Positions 13,496-26,660 are shown, counted from the first letter of the stretch. The stretch: DNA of 64,000 bases from Eledone cirrhosa (GCA_964016885.1 OZ024751.1:30938001-31002000); one strand, 5' to 3'. Made by a program: numbers and translations. Notes: generated from the sequence alone by a model not told the origin.

Positions 13496-15209
13496 GAGAG
13501 GAGGTATATAGTATACTGTGCCGCTGCTGATCAATAAAGATCAAGAATAAAGTTTATAAATCCGTTCAGTAAACACAGATGGTTACTAACAACACTAAAC
13601 ACAGTAACGAACAAGTAATGGTGACGAGGAGGAAAAGGAGAAAGAAGACGAAGTAGAGAAATATATGAAGCTTCTATAAAATCAATGGCAGACGGAAGTG
13701 AAAGTAATCACGTGCTAAATACATTCCTTAAACTTCGCAGACGATAAAATGTTGAGACTTAAAACGTTAAAGAGAAAATACCTGGAAAGGTATTTAAAAA
13801 GAAATATACACTTTAATAATATTCAGCAAATAGTTAAACTTATAAAAAGTGGGGTTTCAAGTACAATAAGAAATCCCCTGCTTTTTTCCCTTTCCATTTT
13901 TTTCTTTGATAGGCGGTAAGTTTAAACTGACTCCTTGCATAAATACATACACACACATACAGATATGTGTGTGCGTAAAAAAGTTTCAAGCACAGGCATC
14001 GCTTGATATGTGACATTATTTTCGATGCATGGCATTGCTGGCCATCGACAGGTCCCTATCATGACTAGGAAGACACGTCATGCTTAAGTATCAAGCGATG
14101 GCATTACTCGAAATCGAGTTGCCACCACCATGTGTGTGTGTGTATATATATATAAATATATATGTGTGCGCGCGTATGTGTTATATATATGCGTGTGTCT
14201 GTGTTTTAGAGGTAAAACACATTCTTTTTACATACATACACTTAACTGAATGTTTTATACTAGATTTCTATAAATCTGTCTACACAACTTTTAATGAAAG
14301 TTTAAAAGTAAGAGAATGCATGGCAACTGATCAAATATATAATCGAAAGATAATAGATAAATTATCTTATCTGCGACTATATAAAAAGAAACAATTGTTT
14401 AAATTAGAGTTACTATTTAATTAGGCTATACTACTCAGGAAAAAAAATTGTTCAAGGTCAAATTAGCTCATTCTCATTAGATTTGACGATAAAAAAAGTT
14501 TTCGCCCAAATTGCTAAAAACACGAAGGAAAAAAAAATCTAAATACAATGGTGGATATTTGATTAAAAATAACAATATTTTGTGCTTGGCTGTTTTGGTA
14601 CCTTAGCCACGCGATCACTCGGGGTAATGCTGCCAGTACGTTGGCTTGCCCCAAAAATTTCCGATGACTCTTATGGTGAATCGATGTTTATTTTGTTTTT
14701 CCCTTTCTATATTATATTTATAAGGTTCCTAGCAATAATTAATTGATTATATTAATGTATTTCTATTTAATCTTATATATTTGTCATATGATAATAAAAA
14801 TTCTACCTAGTTGAAAAAAATAATGTAGAAAAAATTTACAAGGTTTTGTTTGCACGCCTATTTTCACAGATGGACCCAAACCATTGTAACTATTAAAGAA
14901 AAACAGAATTCGCGGGAAAAAATTATTTTAACAATATAATTTGTTGTTGACGTCATTAAGAAATGAATAAGCCGTTTTCATTTCTGTGTTGAAACTGGAA
15001 ATTAATGTAATAAAACTCCACATGTTTACACACAATAACAATTCCATATATATATGTGTAGGTAAAAAGTAAAAGTGAAAAAAGCACTGGGGTGTATTTA
15101 AAGATTTCTTTTTCTTTAATCCGACACACTAAATATTTTTCTAATTGTTACATTAAATGGATTTAAATTTTATCAAATATATATATTGTAAGAAACAAAA
15201 AGACTTCGA

Positions 15210-15240
15210 CGACATGTGTTGAGACATGTCAGGCATAGTT
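15210..15240. promoter_or_regulatory. Candidate p53-family response element in the BH3-gene intron
   Basis: CGACATGTGT-tg-AGACATGTCA matches RRRCWWGYYY at 8/10 and 9/10 with intact CATG cores. A weaker half-site AGGCATAGTT overlaps the second. Confidence 0.35.
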
Positions 15241-15642
15241 GGAAAAACCCAAGTAAAACTAGAAAAACATTGAAGCTGTCGAAAACGCGGTCCGCTAGAA
15301 ATAAGCACCAAAACCTCTCAAAATTAATCTCCAAACTTTTTAGACTATTACTTCAGTCATGTAGAAAAATAAATAAATCAGTAAACAATATAAAATAAAA
15401 TAGACAAATACTAATATATTTATATTCATTTTATTAAGACTAAATAGTGAATCTTGTTACTCTGGAATTACTCCAGAGTAACAAGACTCCCTATTTACCC
15501 TTAATAAAATGAATATTTAAACTCTACTTCGGTATTGAGTACTCTTTTATCTCAGCTGTCAACCACATACGATATATATGAGTGTGTTAAGGAAAACGAT
15601 AAAGTTTCGTTTACATGTATTTCGATTTTTATTCTGTATTGA

Positions 15643-15732
15643 CCTGTTACGCGCGATTCGCAGAGGATTGGCTCAAGGTCACTGATAGAAGTTATGTACC
15701 CGACTTCAGTATCGATCTGCTCTTCAGACTGG
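15643..15732 (-). ncRNA. Degenerate hammerhead ribozyme (GAAT instead of GAAA) in a dispersed repeat
   Basis: Minus strand CCAGT-CTGAAGA-GCAGA..TCTGC-GAAT-CGCGCG-TA-ACAGG. A truncated homologue lies at about 20075-20145. Confidence 0.55.
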
Positions 15733-16140
15733 TAATTCAACAAAAGATAGTGTTTGTTGTGATCGGGGAATGTTTGGTATACATAAACATCTGTCCTATT
15801 TCTTTTCGTGGATGTGTGCACAAGTGTTTGTGTGCGTAGGCATATATATAGGAACGAGTAGGCGCATTCGTTCTTAGTTATAAATGATACAATTGTCGTA
15901 TAAAATATAAGTATTAAGTACTTTGGTGCGTTATGGTCCATCTGGTTCCTTACCACATTTCCTTCGTTATATATATAGTCTATCAAAGTTTTATTATTAT
16001 ATCTGGCAATATTATAACAATATGACCTGCCCCAAATATAACAATATTTGATTCAACACACGATTTCATATCAAAAACCTATATATAATATTATGCAATA
16101 CTATTGGCTTTTTGCTACAATGTTTTCTATACCTTTCATT

Positions 16141-16173
<33 letters not shown>

Positions 16174-17298
16174 AGAGAGAGAGAGAAATGGGGAGAAGCA
16201 AACTTAGCTGTTACTTTAAACTAAAATGTAATAAATGAGGTGTTTTCAAAATGTACAAATCTACCGCCAAGTAATGGAATGGAATGAAATAAAAGCTTAG
16301 AGGGGAGAAATAAAGTAGAGTAGGGAAGATAGAATATGTAAGAGAGGGGAGAAATGATGTATAAAACAGAGAGAGAGATGGGCAAGAAAGTGAGTATGGT
16401 TTTATGATGGACACAAACGATTTCTTTATTATATAAATATAAAGAAATGGATGAAAATAGATAATAACCATGTCTGGTGACGTATCAAAACAAATTTAGA
16501 GTTGGAACTTGCTTGACATATTGATAGAAATACAGATAGAAACTATTAAATCTCTAAGCTTTCAAATAACTCAATCGCATTTTCAACACGAATATAATTT
16601 ATTTTAGTTATTTATTTCTAATAGGTAGATTTCTTTTTCCTTTTGGTTTCTATCTTAAATGACAACATAATAAAATTGATATTTAAATAAAATATAAATA
16701 ACATAACGATGGCAAAGAAATCTGCCACAGTGAAAGAGAAAAGAGGAAAAGATATATGAAATAATTCGTTGTGAATTTTGCCACTAACGATCGTAAATAA
16801 AAGCTAGCACGGAATAATAAAGATTTTTCGTGCGCGCACTTGTTCTTCTCTACTGTTTGTAAACATGGGACTTTCTAGCAGTAATCATTCGTTTTTCCCT
16901 TACAGAAACAGCATTTTTCTATTAATAACCTTGTTTAATGTAGAGTTTGTAATAAATAGAATCATTAAAACACATAATTAGTATCTTTAATAAGATCAGA
17001 AAACACCGAGTAATGTTATTTTCGTAGTAGTAGTAGTAGTAGTAGCAGCAGCAATAGTAGTTGTTTTAAGTAAACGTAATTTTTTACTAACTTAATAAAG
17101 ATTTCATATGTCGCGCATATAGGAATGTATTAAACTGACTCGATATTAAGTCAATGTTACAAAGTTAATGTTGCATAGAGATAAAAGAAAAAAAGAAAAA
17201 TTCAGGTAATGACTGAAAAAATACTGTAGGCTCCCAAATCTTGATTGGAATAAAGACAAATCATTGTGTATGTGTGCGATCAAGATTTGGGAGCCTAT

Positions 17299-17342
<44 letters not shown>

Positions 17343-17685
17343 TATTACTAGTTAAGACTCGGAAAGACTTACTACTCTATACTTTAAAAAATAGAGTTTA
17401 GATATTATGCGGATTCTCCGCCCTAATGTTTTAAGCTTTAACCGTTGCTATACAACGATAAAAGTTTAACCGTAGGGCAGAGAATTTCTCTTATAATAAT
17501 AATGATTTCTGCTATAGGCACAAGGCTAGCAATTTGGGGGGAGGGGAAAGTCAATTAAATGGACTCCAGAGGGTTACTGGTACTTTATTTTATCGACGCC
17601 CCGCCCCACAAAGATGAAAAGGAAAACTATAATAATAATTATTATTATGATGTATGTATATATGTATGTATAAACATTAACTCAC

Positions 17686-17909
17686 CTTTCTTTATTTTCA
17701 ATCTCTGGAACTTCCAAACCTTCTTTAACAATTTGATCTGTCATAAAGGAACCGAGCAAGGAATCACCATCTGACTTAGTTTGGAAGTGGATATTACTCT
17801 GTAATGTCATTACACCTGTCATTTCAGACAAAAGGGCATTTGTAGAAACTGCCGATGTTGCGCCTTGTAGATTGTTATAATTTACAGCGACGTTCGATTC
17901 AGTATTCAT
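17686..17909 (-). CDS. Coding exon 1 of a candidate BH3-only protein (131 aa when spliced to 6004-6175)
   Basis: Non-repetitive ORF MNTESNVAVNY...EIENKE with an in-frame TAA 9 nt upstream of the ATG. It ends in a consensus donor AAG|GTGAGT in phase 2, matching the phase of the acceptor at 6176. Confidence 0.75.
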
Positions 17910-18600
17910 TTCTTGTTATCCGACGAACCGTCGTGGTTAAACCTTGTAAATGCTTTTACAAATTAAATTTGTAGGTTTTGGCACTGGAATTCGATTCGCC
18001 ACCCCAAAACCTACTTTCTTCTCTTTTTTTGTGTGTGCGTAAAGAAATACGTTAATAAAAATTCATGGAAGAGAAGGGTTTTGTAAAAGCTGGTACATAA
18101 TTAAAATATCAGGAAAACAAATAACAAGTCCGAAAGCGAAAGGTATCGAAAAGATTTTTCTATCGGATCCTTCCTTTCACATATGTAATTTATATTTTGA
18201 TTGTAGTAAAAAAAAAAAAAACTACAAATACTTTGAAAATAGCAACACGAGTGAGAATAATGTTTAAGTTGCAAATGTTAGTTTTGAAGTGGTTGAGTAT
18301 GTTCAGATATGCGACTAGTTATATTTAACTACAGACAGGATGAATTGCGATTGGTCCTTTTAGCGAATGTGTTCATGTGTGTGTGTACAGACTTGAATGT
18401 ATAATGTATCTATGCGCGAGTGCTTGGGTCGTGGCCATGATCGCCTGAGATACAGATAGTTGGTGCAGCGTTCAACACTGCAGTGCCCCAACGACCCCGA
18501 AAAGGGGTAAGGTACCACGATGATGATGATGACATGTATCTATATATATAAGTAGAAATATGTGTTTGTATGTGGCAAAGAGTATAAATGCTTGTGATGT

Positions 18601-18932
18601 GTGTATTCTCGGGTCCCAAATAATAGAGGGGTGGAATAAACGAGGTGGGGGATAAGCCGGGGGTGTGGCGTCGGTAATGTTTCTAGGTTGTTTCCATTGA
18701 TTTTTTAAAAACCAGAATTAGTCGTTTAGTTTACATATTGAGACCCAAACCATCCTATTTACTATATAGCGTATGAAATATCAAGTAATGCACTTTTTTT
18801 GTCATGTGTAATGTATAAAGAAAATTAATTGTCACAGGAATGCTACCGATTAAAATAAAATTAAGATTAGAAAAATTTAAAAAGCTGGGGGGTTGGAAAA
18901 AATCTGAAAAATTAATAAGCAGAGAATAGGTA
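18601..18932. mobile_element. Dispersed MITE-like repeat, second copy at about 29839-30140
   Basis: Long colinear homology between the two copies (ctcgggtc..aataata.gggg..ttttttaaaaaccagaatta.tcgtttagtttacatattg). Confidence 0.75.
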
Positions 18933-18982
18933 TTATATAGTTTGTTTAAGTGCTTCAGTGTTCATATGCACACACACACACG

Positions 18983-19047
<65 letters not shown>

Positions 19048-19072
19048 TTATATATATACATATATATATATG

Positions 19073-20063
19073 TAGATTTTATATGTGGCCAATGCTCAGG
19101 TGCAGTAAGTAGCAAGGACCCACTGGATGCTATCTCCTTCAACTGTCCAGATGGGTCTATAGAATTAGTAGACAACTTCCGTTACCTGGGTGACAAAATC
19201 AATAGTGGAGGAGGGTGCTCTGAAAGTGTAGTAGCCAGAGTTAGAACGGGATGGAAAAAGTTCAGAGAGCTAATACCACTGTTGGCCACAAGGGGTTTTT
19301 CTCTAAAAATGAAAGGCAGATTGTATGATGCAAACGGCAGGCGGTATTACATGGTAGTGAGACTTGAACATTGTGTGCTGAAGATCTGCATAGATTAGAA
19401 AGAAATGAAACTTGCATGCTCTGATGGATGTGTAATAGTAATGTGCACGAAAAGCGAAGCATAAATGAACTTAGAGGGAGACTAAGCATAGGAGGTATCA
19501 AATGTTGTGTTCTGGAGAGGAGATTGCATTGGTATAGACATGTGAGGCGTATGAAGGACGACAGCTGTATAAAAAAGTGCCAGGCAATGAAAATCGATGG
19601 AAGCTGCAGAGTGTGTAGACCAAGAAAAATCTGGGACGAGGTGATAAAAACTGACCTTGCCCACCTATACCTCTCTAAGACAATGACACTGGATCGAGAC
19701 CATTGGCGTCATGCAGTTGTACAGAAGACCTGACTGCCATTGCATACAAACCTACAGTCAGTAGGCACCTCTTAACTCAATGTACACCCCACTGCCACAC
19801 CCTACCCCATCCTCCCTCTCCCGTTCCATCCACTGTGTTGATGACACAACAGTCCACACTGTAAAGTGGTCATGTAGGAGGCTCCCAGTCCACATTATAA
19901 ATGTGGTTGGTGTTAGGAAGGGCATCCAGCTTTAAAAAAACCTGCCAGAGACGCTTCCGTGCGAGAGAGACATGGTCTCCTGACCATTCCCACATCAAAT
20001 GGAACAAAACCGTTTAACCCATGCTAGCGTGGAAGATGGACGTTAAACGATGATGATGATGAT
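19073..20063 (+). mobile_element. RTE LINE 3' fragment
   Basis: FRYLGDKI..ARVRTGWKKFRELIPLL..., frameshifted, (GAT)n tail. Confidence 0.92.
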
Positions 20064-21084
20064 ATATATATAGTGTAGGATCAGCTGAAGGTCACCCATA
20101 GGAGTTATGGACCCGACTTCACTATCAATCTGCTCCTCAGACTGGCGATGTTGTTGTGGTATGTGATATGAAAAGGTATATATGTGTGTGTGAGCATATG
20201 TGAGTATTGTGATGCAAACTGAGTGAATCCCACTACTGCTAAAGCAAGGAAGTATACTAATATGCACACACGCACACATAGTAAGTTCACACTGCTTGCA
20301 TCTTTATACGCACCATTTCTGTCATATAGTATCTTTCAGATACAATACAATTATATTATAATCGTATTCTGTGATACTTGTATTTACGTGGCTCGAAGAG
20401 CCACCTACTTATTGTACGAATATTTCATGTTATAGATTTTATTATCCAATATTCAAATTGAATATTGTTATAATAAAATAAACATTGTAACAACACAATC
20501 CTGATATTATTTTTTGCATTGAAACCATCATACCAACAATTCCATCTATTCACTTATTATCACATTACAGAGTTACAACTGGATTATTCGTTACAAATCC
20601 TATTACATTTCCTGCTTCTACTTATGTAACAAACTATTTTTACCAAATTGTGTTATTTGAGATATTTGAGGGCTTGGCCATTGGCAATGAAGCTTCTGTC
20701 ATTGTTGATGGTTGGCCTTATCAAGGTATCGTGAAGTACTTGGTTACTCTAGTACCTTAGCCTTGCTATCACCTGCAACAATGCTACCAGTGTATTGTTT
20801 TGCCCCTAAAATTATTACGGGGAAACTCCAATATCCTTTGTTGTGGTATTTTCTTTCTTGTTATTCCTCCATCCCCTTTTTTAGTACTGTATATATGTGG
20901 TAGTGTTGGCTCCACAATGAAATACACTCAGTACACTCTGTAAAGTAGTAGTAGTGGTGCCACAATAAAATACACTCAGTACACTCTGTAAAGTAGTATT
21001 ACTGGTGCCACAATAAAATACACCCAGTACACTCTGTTACATATTGTAAAATGGTTGTCATTAGCAATGGTATAAAGTTATAAA

Positions 21085-21560
21085 AACCATGTTAAAATGG
21101 AAGATATGAGCATGACATTGTCATCCAACCTGTCTGTGGTATGGTTGGCTTTAGGAAGGGTATTCAGCTATAGAAACCATGCTAAAATGGAAGATATGAG
21201 CATGACATTGTCATCCAACCTGTCTGTGGTATGGTTGGCTTTAGGAAGGGTATTCAGCTATAGAAACCATGCTAAAATGGAAGATATGAGCATGACATTG
21301 TCATCCAACCTGTCTGTGGTATGGTTGGCTTTAGGAAGGGTATTCAGCTATAGAAACCATGCTAAAATGGAAGATATGAGCATGACATTGTCATCCAACC
21401 TGTCTGTGGTATGGTTGGCTTTAGGAAGGGTATTCAGCTATAGAAACCATGCTAAAATGGAAGATATGAGCATGACATTGTCATCCAACCTGTCTGTGGT
21501 ATGGTTGGCTTTAGGAAGGGTATTCAGCTATAGAAACCATGCTAAAATGGAACATATGAA
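21085..21560. repeat. 90-bp tandem repeat, about 5 copies, from an old RTE 3' UTR
   Basis: Near-identical units containing ggttggctttaggaagggtattcagctatagaaacc. Confidence 0.95.
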
Positions 21561-22580
21561 CAAAAAACACATTGTCATCTAACCTGCCTGTCAAACCTCA
21601 GAACATAGCAGCTAGTCTGTTTTCATTAACAATGGTATAAAGCTATCATGCTAAAATGGAACATATTAACAAGAAATGGTTGTCTAACCTGTCAGTCAAA
21701 CCTGTTTAACCCATTGAAGTTGGGGGGAAAAGGAGAGAAATAGACATAAAACAGCAATGATGTTGATATCTGCTGTCATATTCATCATAAAAACTGTATT
21801 GACAATGTGATATTAATAAACAGTATTTCACCTCATTATATATATTTATTTATTGAATTCAAATCCCACTGATCAGCTTTGTCTTTCATCCTTACGGAGT
21901 CGATAAAATAAAGTACCAGTAATGTACTGGAGTTGATTTAATCGACCCCCCTCCTCCTCACTCCCAAATGTTTGGCAGCCTCGTGCCTAAATCAGAAACT
22001 ATTATCTATATTCATTGTCAATACATAGCAGAAAAGAAATATGATTGGTTGTTATTAATAAATTAACATGTTTTTAAAACCAGTGAGATCACATAAATAT
22101 TTGCTTTAACCTCAGTGAATCATACACAGCTTATGGTTTTCAAATCATTTGGGAAATAAACCAGAATTTACAGGAATTTAGTAAAATAACTAACTTTCTC
22201 ATTAAATTAACAAAAATTGACAAAAGGTTCTTACATAAAATTATGATGGAAAGATTTTTTAAAGGAATATAAACACTTTAAAACAAACACCTGAGGTGTC
22301 TCGGATGAAATCATCCACAACTTTCTGTGGAGTAAAATAATATTTTATCCTTTTCATAGAAGTTTCCCCAGAAGGAGGGAAGGCAAGTTGATTTCGATGT
22401 GTTTTGAACTCAGACTATAGAACGACACAAAGCATTTTGTCTAATGTTCTACCAAATTGCTGGCCCTGGGACATACATACCATGTATACCTGAATGTAAG
22501 CCGACCCCCACCCTTTTACCATTGATATTCCTTGGCTTATACTCCAGTATATACATATATATAGTGGCTACCAAGAATAT

Positions 22581-23440
22581 CAGACAAATGGGATGCCGTA
22601 TGGCGGACCGTTTTGACGAGCATTTGAGGGACATACGACTCGGTTTGGATACTCCTGTCGCCCGTCATTTCTGTTCTCCTGGTCATTCTTCCCTACATGT
22701 TTCAGTCCTGGGTGTCCTTTTACATCATGGATCAGAGGCCTCACTCACCAGGACTGATCAAAGTCTGATTCACCGCCTTGGGTCCTATTCCCCTCTTGGA
22801 CTCAACTCACCTCCCCAATTTCTCTAATACCCTGTCCATTATCACACCCCTAGATTCCTATCGCTTTCTCTTGATCATTAACATCTTCTCTTACAACTAA
22901 TACAGGCCGACTAAATATGCTCACTCCACTTTTCCCTTTACTGCTCTATATACACACATACACACCCTTATATTAACATACTTTGCTCATAGCTTCGTAC
23001 TTACATGCACACACACTCTTTTACTCACATATATACACACATTTCTTCTTAGCTTCGTACGGACGTATAATAACACATACTCACACATGCTTATGCACGT
23101 GCACAAGTATAGCTCTTTTTACAAAACGTTTTTTTTTCCATTTCAGTTAAACGCGCTCCATCATCCACTTTTCTAAAAAATAAATCATATACAAAACGCC
23201 AGCACCAACAGTTTTGCAAGAGATGTCAATATGAATGGACCTGGTATTTTATCTAAAGACATTTTTTTTCAATTCCATCCCGCCTGTCCCCTCAATCTAT
23301 CTTATTTCTCATTCTTTCTTCTGATGAAGAACTAGCATCTGAAACGTTAAGAACCTCTTCCTGCTATATCAAGTGTTAACCTAATATATCCCTTCCATAT
23401 ACTGTACTGATTGTGTTGTTATTTCTGTTTACCTTTTATA
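22581..23440 (+). mobile_element. Penelope-like element 3' part: GIY-YIG endonuclease remnant and pLTR
   Basis: Translation RMADRFDEHLRDIRLGLDTPVARHFCSPGHS...LIHRLGSYSPLGLN is the typical PLE GIY-YIG C-terminus. It is followed by a pyrimidine-rich tract and a minimal hammerhead. Confidence 0.85.
23316..23353 (+). ncRNA. Minimal type I hammerhead ribozyme in the PLE pLTR
   Basis: TTCTT-CTGATGA-AGA(actagca)TCT-GAAA-CGTT-AAGAA. Stem I 5 bp, stem II 3 bp, palindromic AACGTT stem III (dimer type). Confidence 0.75.
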
Positions 23441-24246
23441 TCATCATCATCATCATCATCGTTTAACGTCCATCTTCCACGCTTGCATGGGTTTGGACGG
23501 GAGTTTCCCACTTGAGGCAAGATTGGTTGTCCTGCTCGCATAGGACTGTCTGGCGGGTTTTCTACAGCTGGATGCCCTTCCTAACACCAACCACATTTAC
23601 AGTGTGGACTGGGAGGTTTTTAACGTGTTACCTACACGGCCACATTACAGTGTGGACTGTGTGTTTTTTTGTCGTGACACCTACATGACCTCATTTGTTT
23701 CGGACTGGATGTTGTGGTACCAACATAACTTTACATTGAAGGGGGTGGTGTGGATGGGGTGGGGGTAGTGGGACGGGGTGCATTATTGTTAGAGGTGCCA
23801 ACTGTAGGTTTCGCTTTGTACTTAGGCAAGGCGGGTCTTCTCTATTACTGTGTAGCGCCAAAGATCTCGGTCCAGTGATATTGTCTTGGAGAGGTGTAAG
23901 TGTGGGAGGTCGGAATTTATCAAATTGTCCCAGGTTTTTCTGGGTTTGCCTACTCTATTTTTATCGCCCTGCACTTTTTTATACAGCTGTCGTCTTTCAT
24001 CCGCATCACGTGACCGTACCAACGTAGTCTTCTCTCGAGTAAACAACATCTGATCCCTCTTATTCCTACTTTCTCCCTTAGTTCGTTTATGCTTTGCCGT
24101 TCACGTATATTACTATTACACATCCAGCGGAGCATGCAAGCTTCGTTCCTCTCCAGTCTGTGTATATCCTCTGCACACAATGCCCAGGTCTCACTGCCAT
24201 GTAACATTGCTGTTCGTATGCAGGCATCATACAGCCTGCCTTTCAT
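23441..24246 (-). mobile_element. RTE LINE 3' fragment
   Basis: MKGRLYDACIRTAMLHGSETW..RRLRWYGHV, (CAT)n tail. Confidence 0.92.
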
Positions 24247-24727
24247 ATATATATATACCTGCCTTTCATATATATATATATATATTTGTGTGTGTTTGTG
24301 TCTATATATATATATATATTTATTAAAATAACAGATTAAAGTTTAAGCAAAGAAGCAAAGAATCGCTGCTTTCATCCTTAACGGGTTCTTATATATTTTA
24401 TATATATTTATTCTTATCAAGCCCTCTTTGGATTTTAGTCTTCACATTTATTATTATTACTACGCTTGTGCATGAGTGTGTGTGTGTGTGTGTGTTAATG
24501 TGCATGTGTTTGTGTGTATGTGTGTCTGAGTGTGTGTGTGCATGTATTCAAACAACTTTGTTCCTGTGGATATTAAATAAAAAAAATGAAAACGGTTTCA
24601 TCTTTCCAATGAAATCGTTTTGAACAGTCAAAAATGAGAGATTGGACATATATAGTTCCATTCCTGCTCTTCACACATTCTATAGTTTCAATGATAGAGA
24701 ACAAATAGATGACAAATTACAAAAATA

Positions 24728-24923
24728 CAAGGGTTGGCTGAAAAGTTCATAGGCTGACCAAGATACTCTCATGGAATGACCAAATGAGGTTTATTTTTCC
24801 AACATAGTCTCTGGACAGAAACAATACAATTATTAATAAGAAGTTGAAATTAATGCATGCAAGATTTCACAGCTCAGAATTACTCCTTCATAGTCAGCCT
24901 ATGAACTTTTCAGCCCACCCTTG
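24728..24923. mobile_element. Mariner-type MITE
   Basis: TA target duplication and ~30-bp TIRs CAAGGGTTGGCTGAAAAGTTCATAGGCTGAC. Confidence 0.9.
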
Positions 24924-25688
24924 TATGTATATGTCAGGTCACCAGTTGGTGCTACTGGTAACATGTATCCCAGTACAACCTGTCTCATGGTTGGGTCGTT
25001 GGCGACTAAACTGGCAACCCCACCAAGGTTTCTTGGTGAAGAGGGTAACTTTGGACATCCTGCAGGACTAAAAACAAAACCTGGCAAAAGAGCTCTTAAG
25101 AGTCAATGGCCATCCAAAATCACCGGGAGAGATTACCCCTTAGCCTTTGTCAAGGCAGAATTCTAGGAGAAGGAAAACTCTGATATAACACCTGCAACCC
25201 TGGTGGTTACCAATGATGTTGACTTGTTCTTCTTTTTGGTAAATATCATCTTGGTTAAGAGAGTGGGACTGGCTTTGTGCAGTGCCTTTGCTCACTATAA
25301 AAGCTTCACGGCAGAGGTATTGCTTTATATCTGGAGATCTCTCTGCACTTGTTGTCACATGGTGCCATGGGCCCAGCACTATGTGTCAATAATTGTCACA
25401 GGTGTAGTGTTTGTACCAGAGTTTTCAAGTCTCTGGCTGGACTAAAAGTCACACTTGTTTAGCGCATCGGTAGGGGTTCTCCTACATGGATATAAAGTAG
25501 TGGCCGTACTCGAAAACGAGTTGGCAGCTACCATATATATATATATATATATATATGATGAAGGGCAAACTTTTTTCATATGTAACCCATTTGCAACTCC
25601 GCAGCGCCCTTATTATCATATATATATATATATATATATATACATACATATATAACTATACATATATATACAAGGGTCTTTGTAGATG

Positions 25689-25730
<42 letters not shown>

Positions 25731-25919
25731 TACAAACATACACATACATCATCATCATCGTTGTACGTCCATTTTTCCATGCTGTCATGGGTTAGGCGAG
25801 TTGTCCTGTTGTGGGCAATGCTAGGTCAGGTGACCATGCCTTGCTCATACAGAACTGATCCTGGCTTGGTTTCTACAGTTAGATGCTCTTCCAGGAAGGA
25901 CTTAACCTTTATTCTTTAA

Positions 25920-26140
25920 CCCTTTAGGATTTACATTACTCTATATTTACTATTATATTTTTACAGTAAAGGCTTTACCTCACATAATTATCTCACATAT
26001 TATCGAATCTATGAGATTTTGATATTATTTCATTTTAGAACAATACCCTAACATCAGTATGAGTAACTAGTTACAGCCGGTTTGAATAGATAGAGGCAAG
26101 AGAATTCTGGCCAGATACAGTCGATTTAAATGCTAAAGGG
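25920..26140. mobile_element. piggyBac-type MITE, same family, opposite orientation
   Basis: TTAA-CCCTTTAG...CTAAAGGG-TTAA. Confidence 0.85.
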
Positions 26141-26626
26141 TTAATGTTTTGTTTTATTATGGTGCTCTATCCATTATTATTTTTTTTTTATGCTTTTTTT
26201 TTTATTTTTCTCCATTTTTTTTTACCTAGAATGTCAAAGAATTCAGCTAAAGATTTTTGAAATGTGAGTAATTATTTCTTCAGACATAACAGTAAACTGA
26301 ATCAAACATAATGAAACTCTCACATACTCACATATATACCAGTAAAATGGGTGTGATAGTGCCACAACAAAAGCCTCACAGCCCACACTATAAAGTGGTC
26401 GTTTTGGTGCCATGACAAAAAGCCACCAGCCCACACTGTAAAGTGGTCGTTTTGGCGCCACTGTAAATATGGTTAACATTAGGATGGCATCAAGCCATAG
26501 AAACCAAGTCAGAAACAGTTCTGTATGAGCAAGGCACTATTATTGGATCTGATTTGTCTCACAACGGGACAACTCCTCTAACCCATGCTAGTGTAGAAAA
26601 ATGTACGTTAAACGGTGATGATGATA

Positions 26627-26660
<34 letters not shown>

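Larger units (their letters stand above)
13560..18360. promoter_or_regulatory. Promoter and first-intron regulatory region of the BH3 gene
   Basis: Largely unique and visibly richer in CpG than the flanks. Motifs: GTAAACA/TGTTTAC at 13569, 15023, 15381 and 16859; TTTCCCGC at 14912-14919 (minus); TGACGTCA at 14948; CGGAAGTG plus CACGTG near 13693-13714; CCAAT on minus at 18350-18354. Confidence 0.4.

Noticed and set aside
13040-13544. Pro/Thr-rich, His/Gln-rich and poly-Val ORFs
   Set aside because: A trinucleotide low-complexity tract open in several frames. No phase-2 splice sites were found to include it in the BH3 gene.
24930-25530. GC-richer segment with several short ORFs
   Set aside because: No recognisable protein motif; probably a decayed retroelement 5' region, but this cannot be supported from sequence alone.
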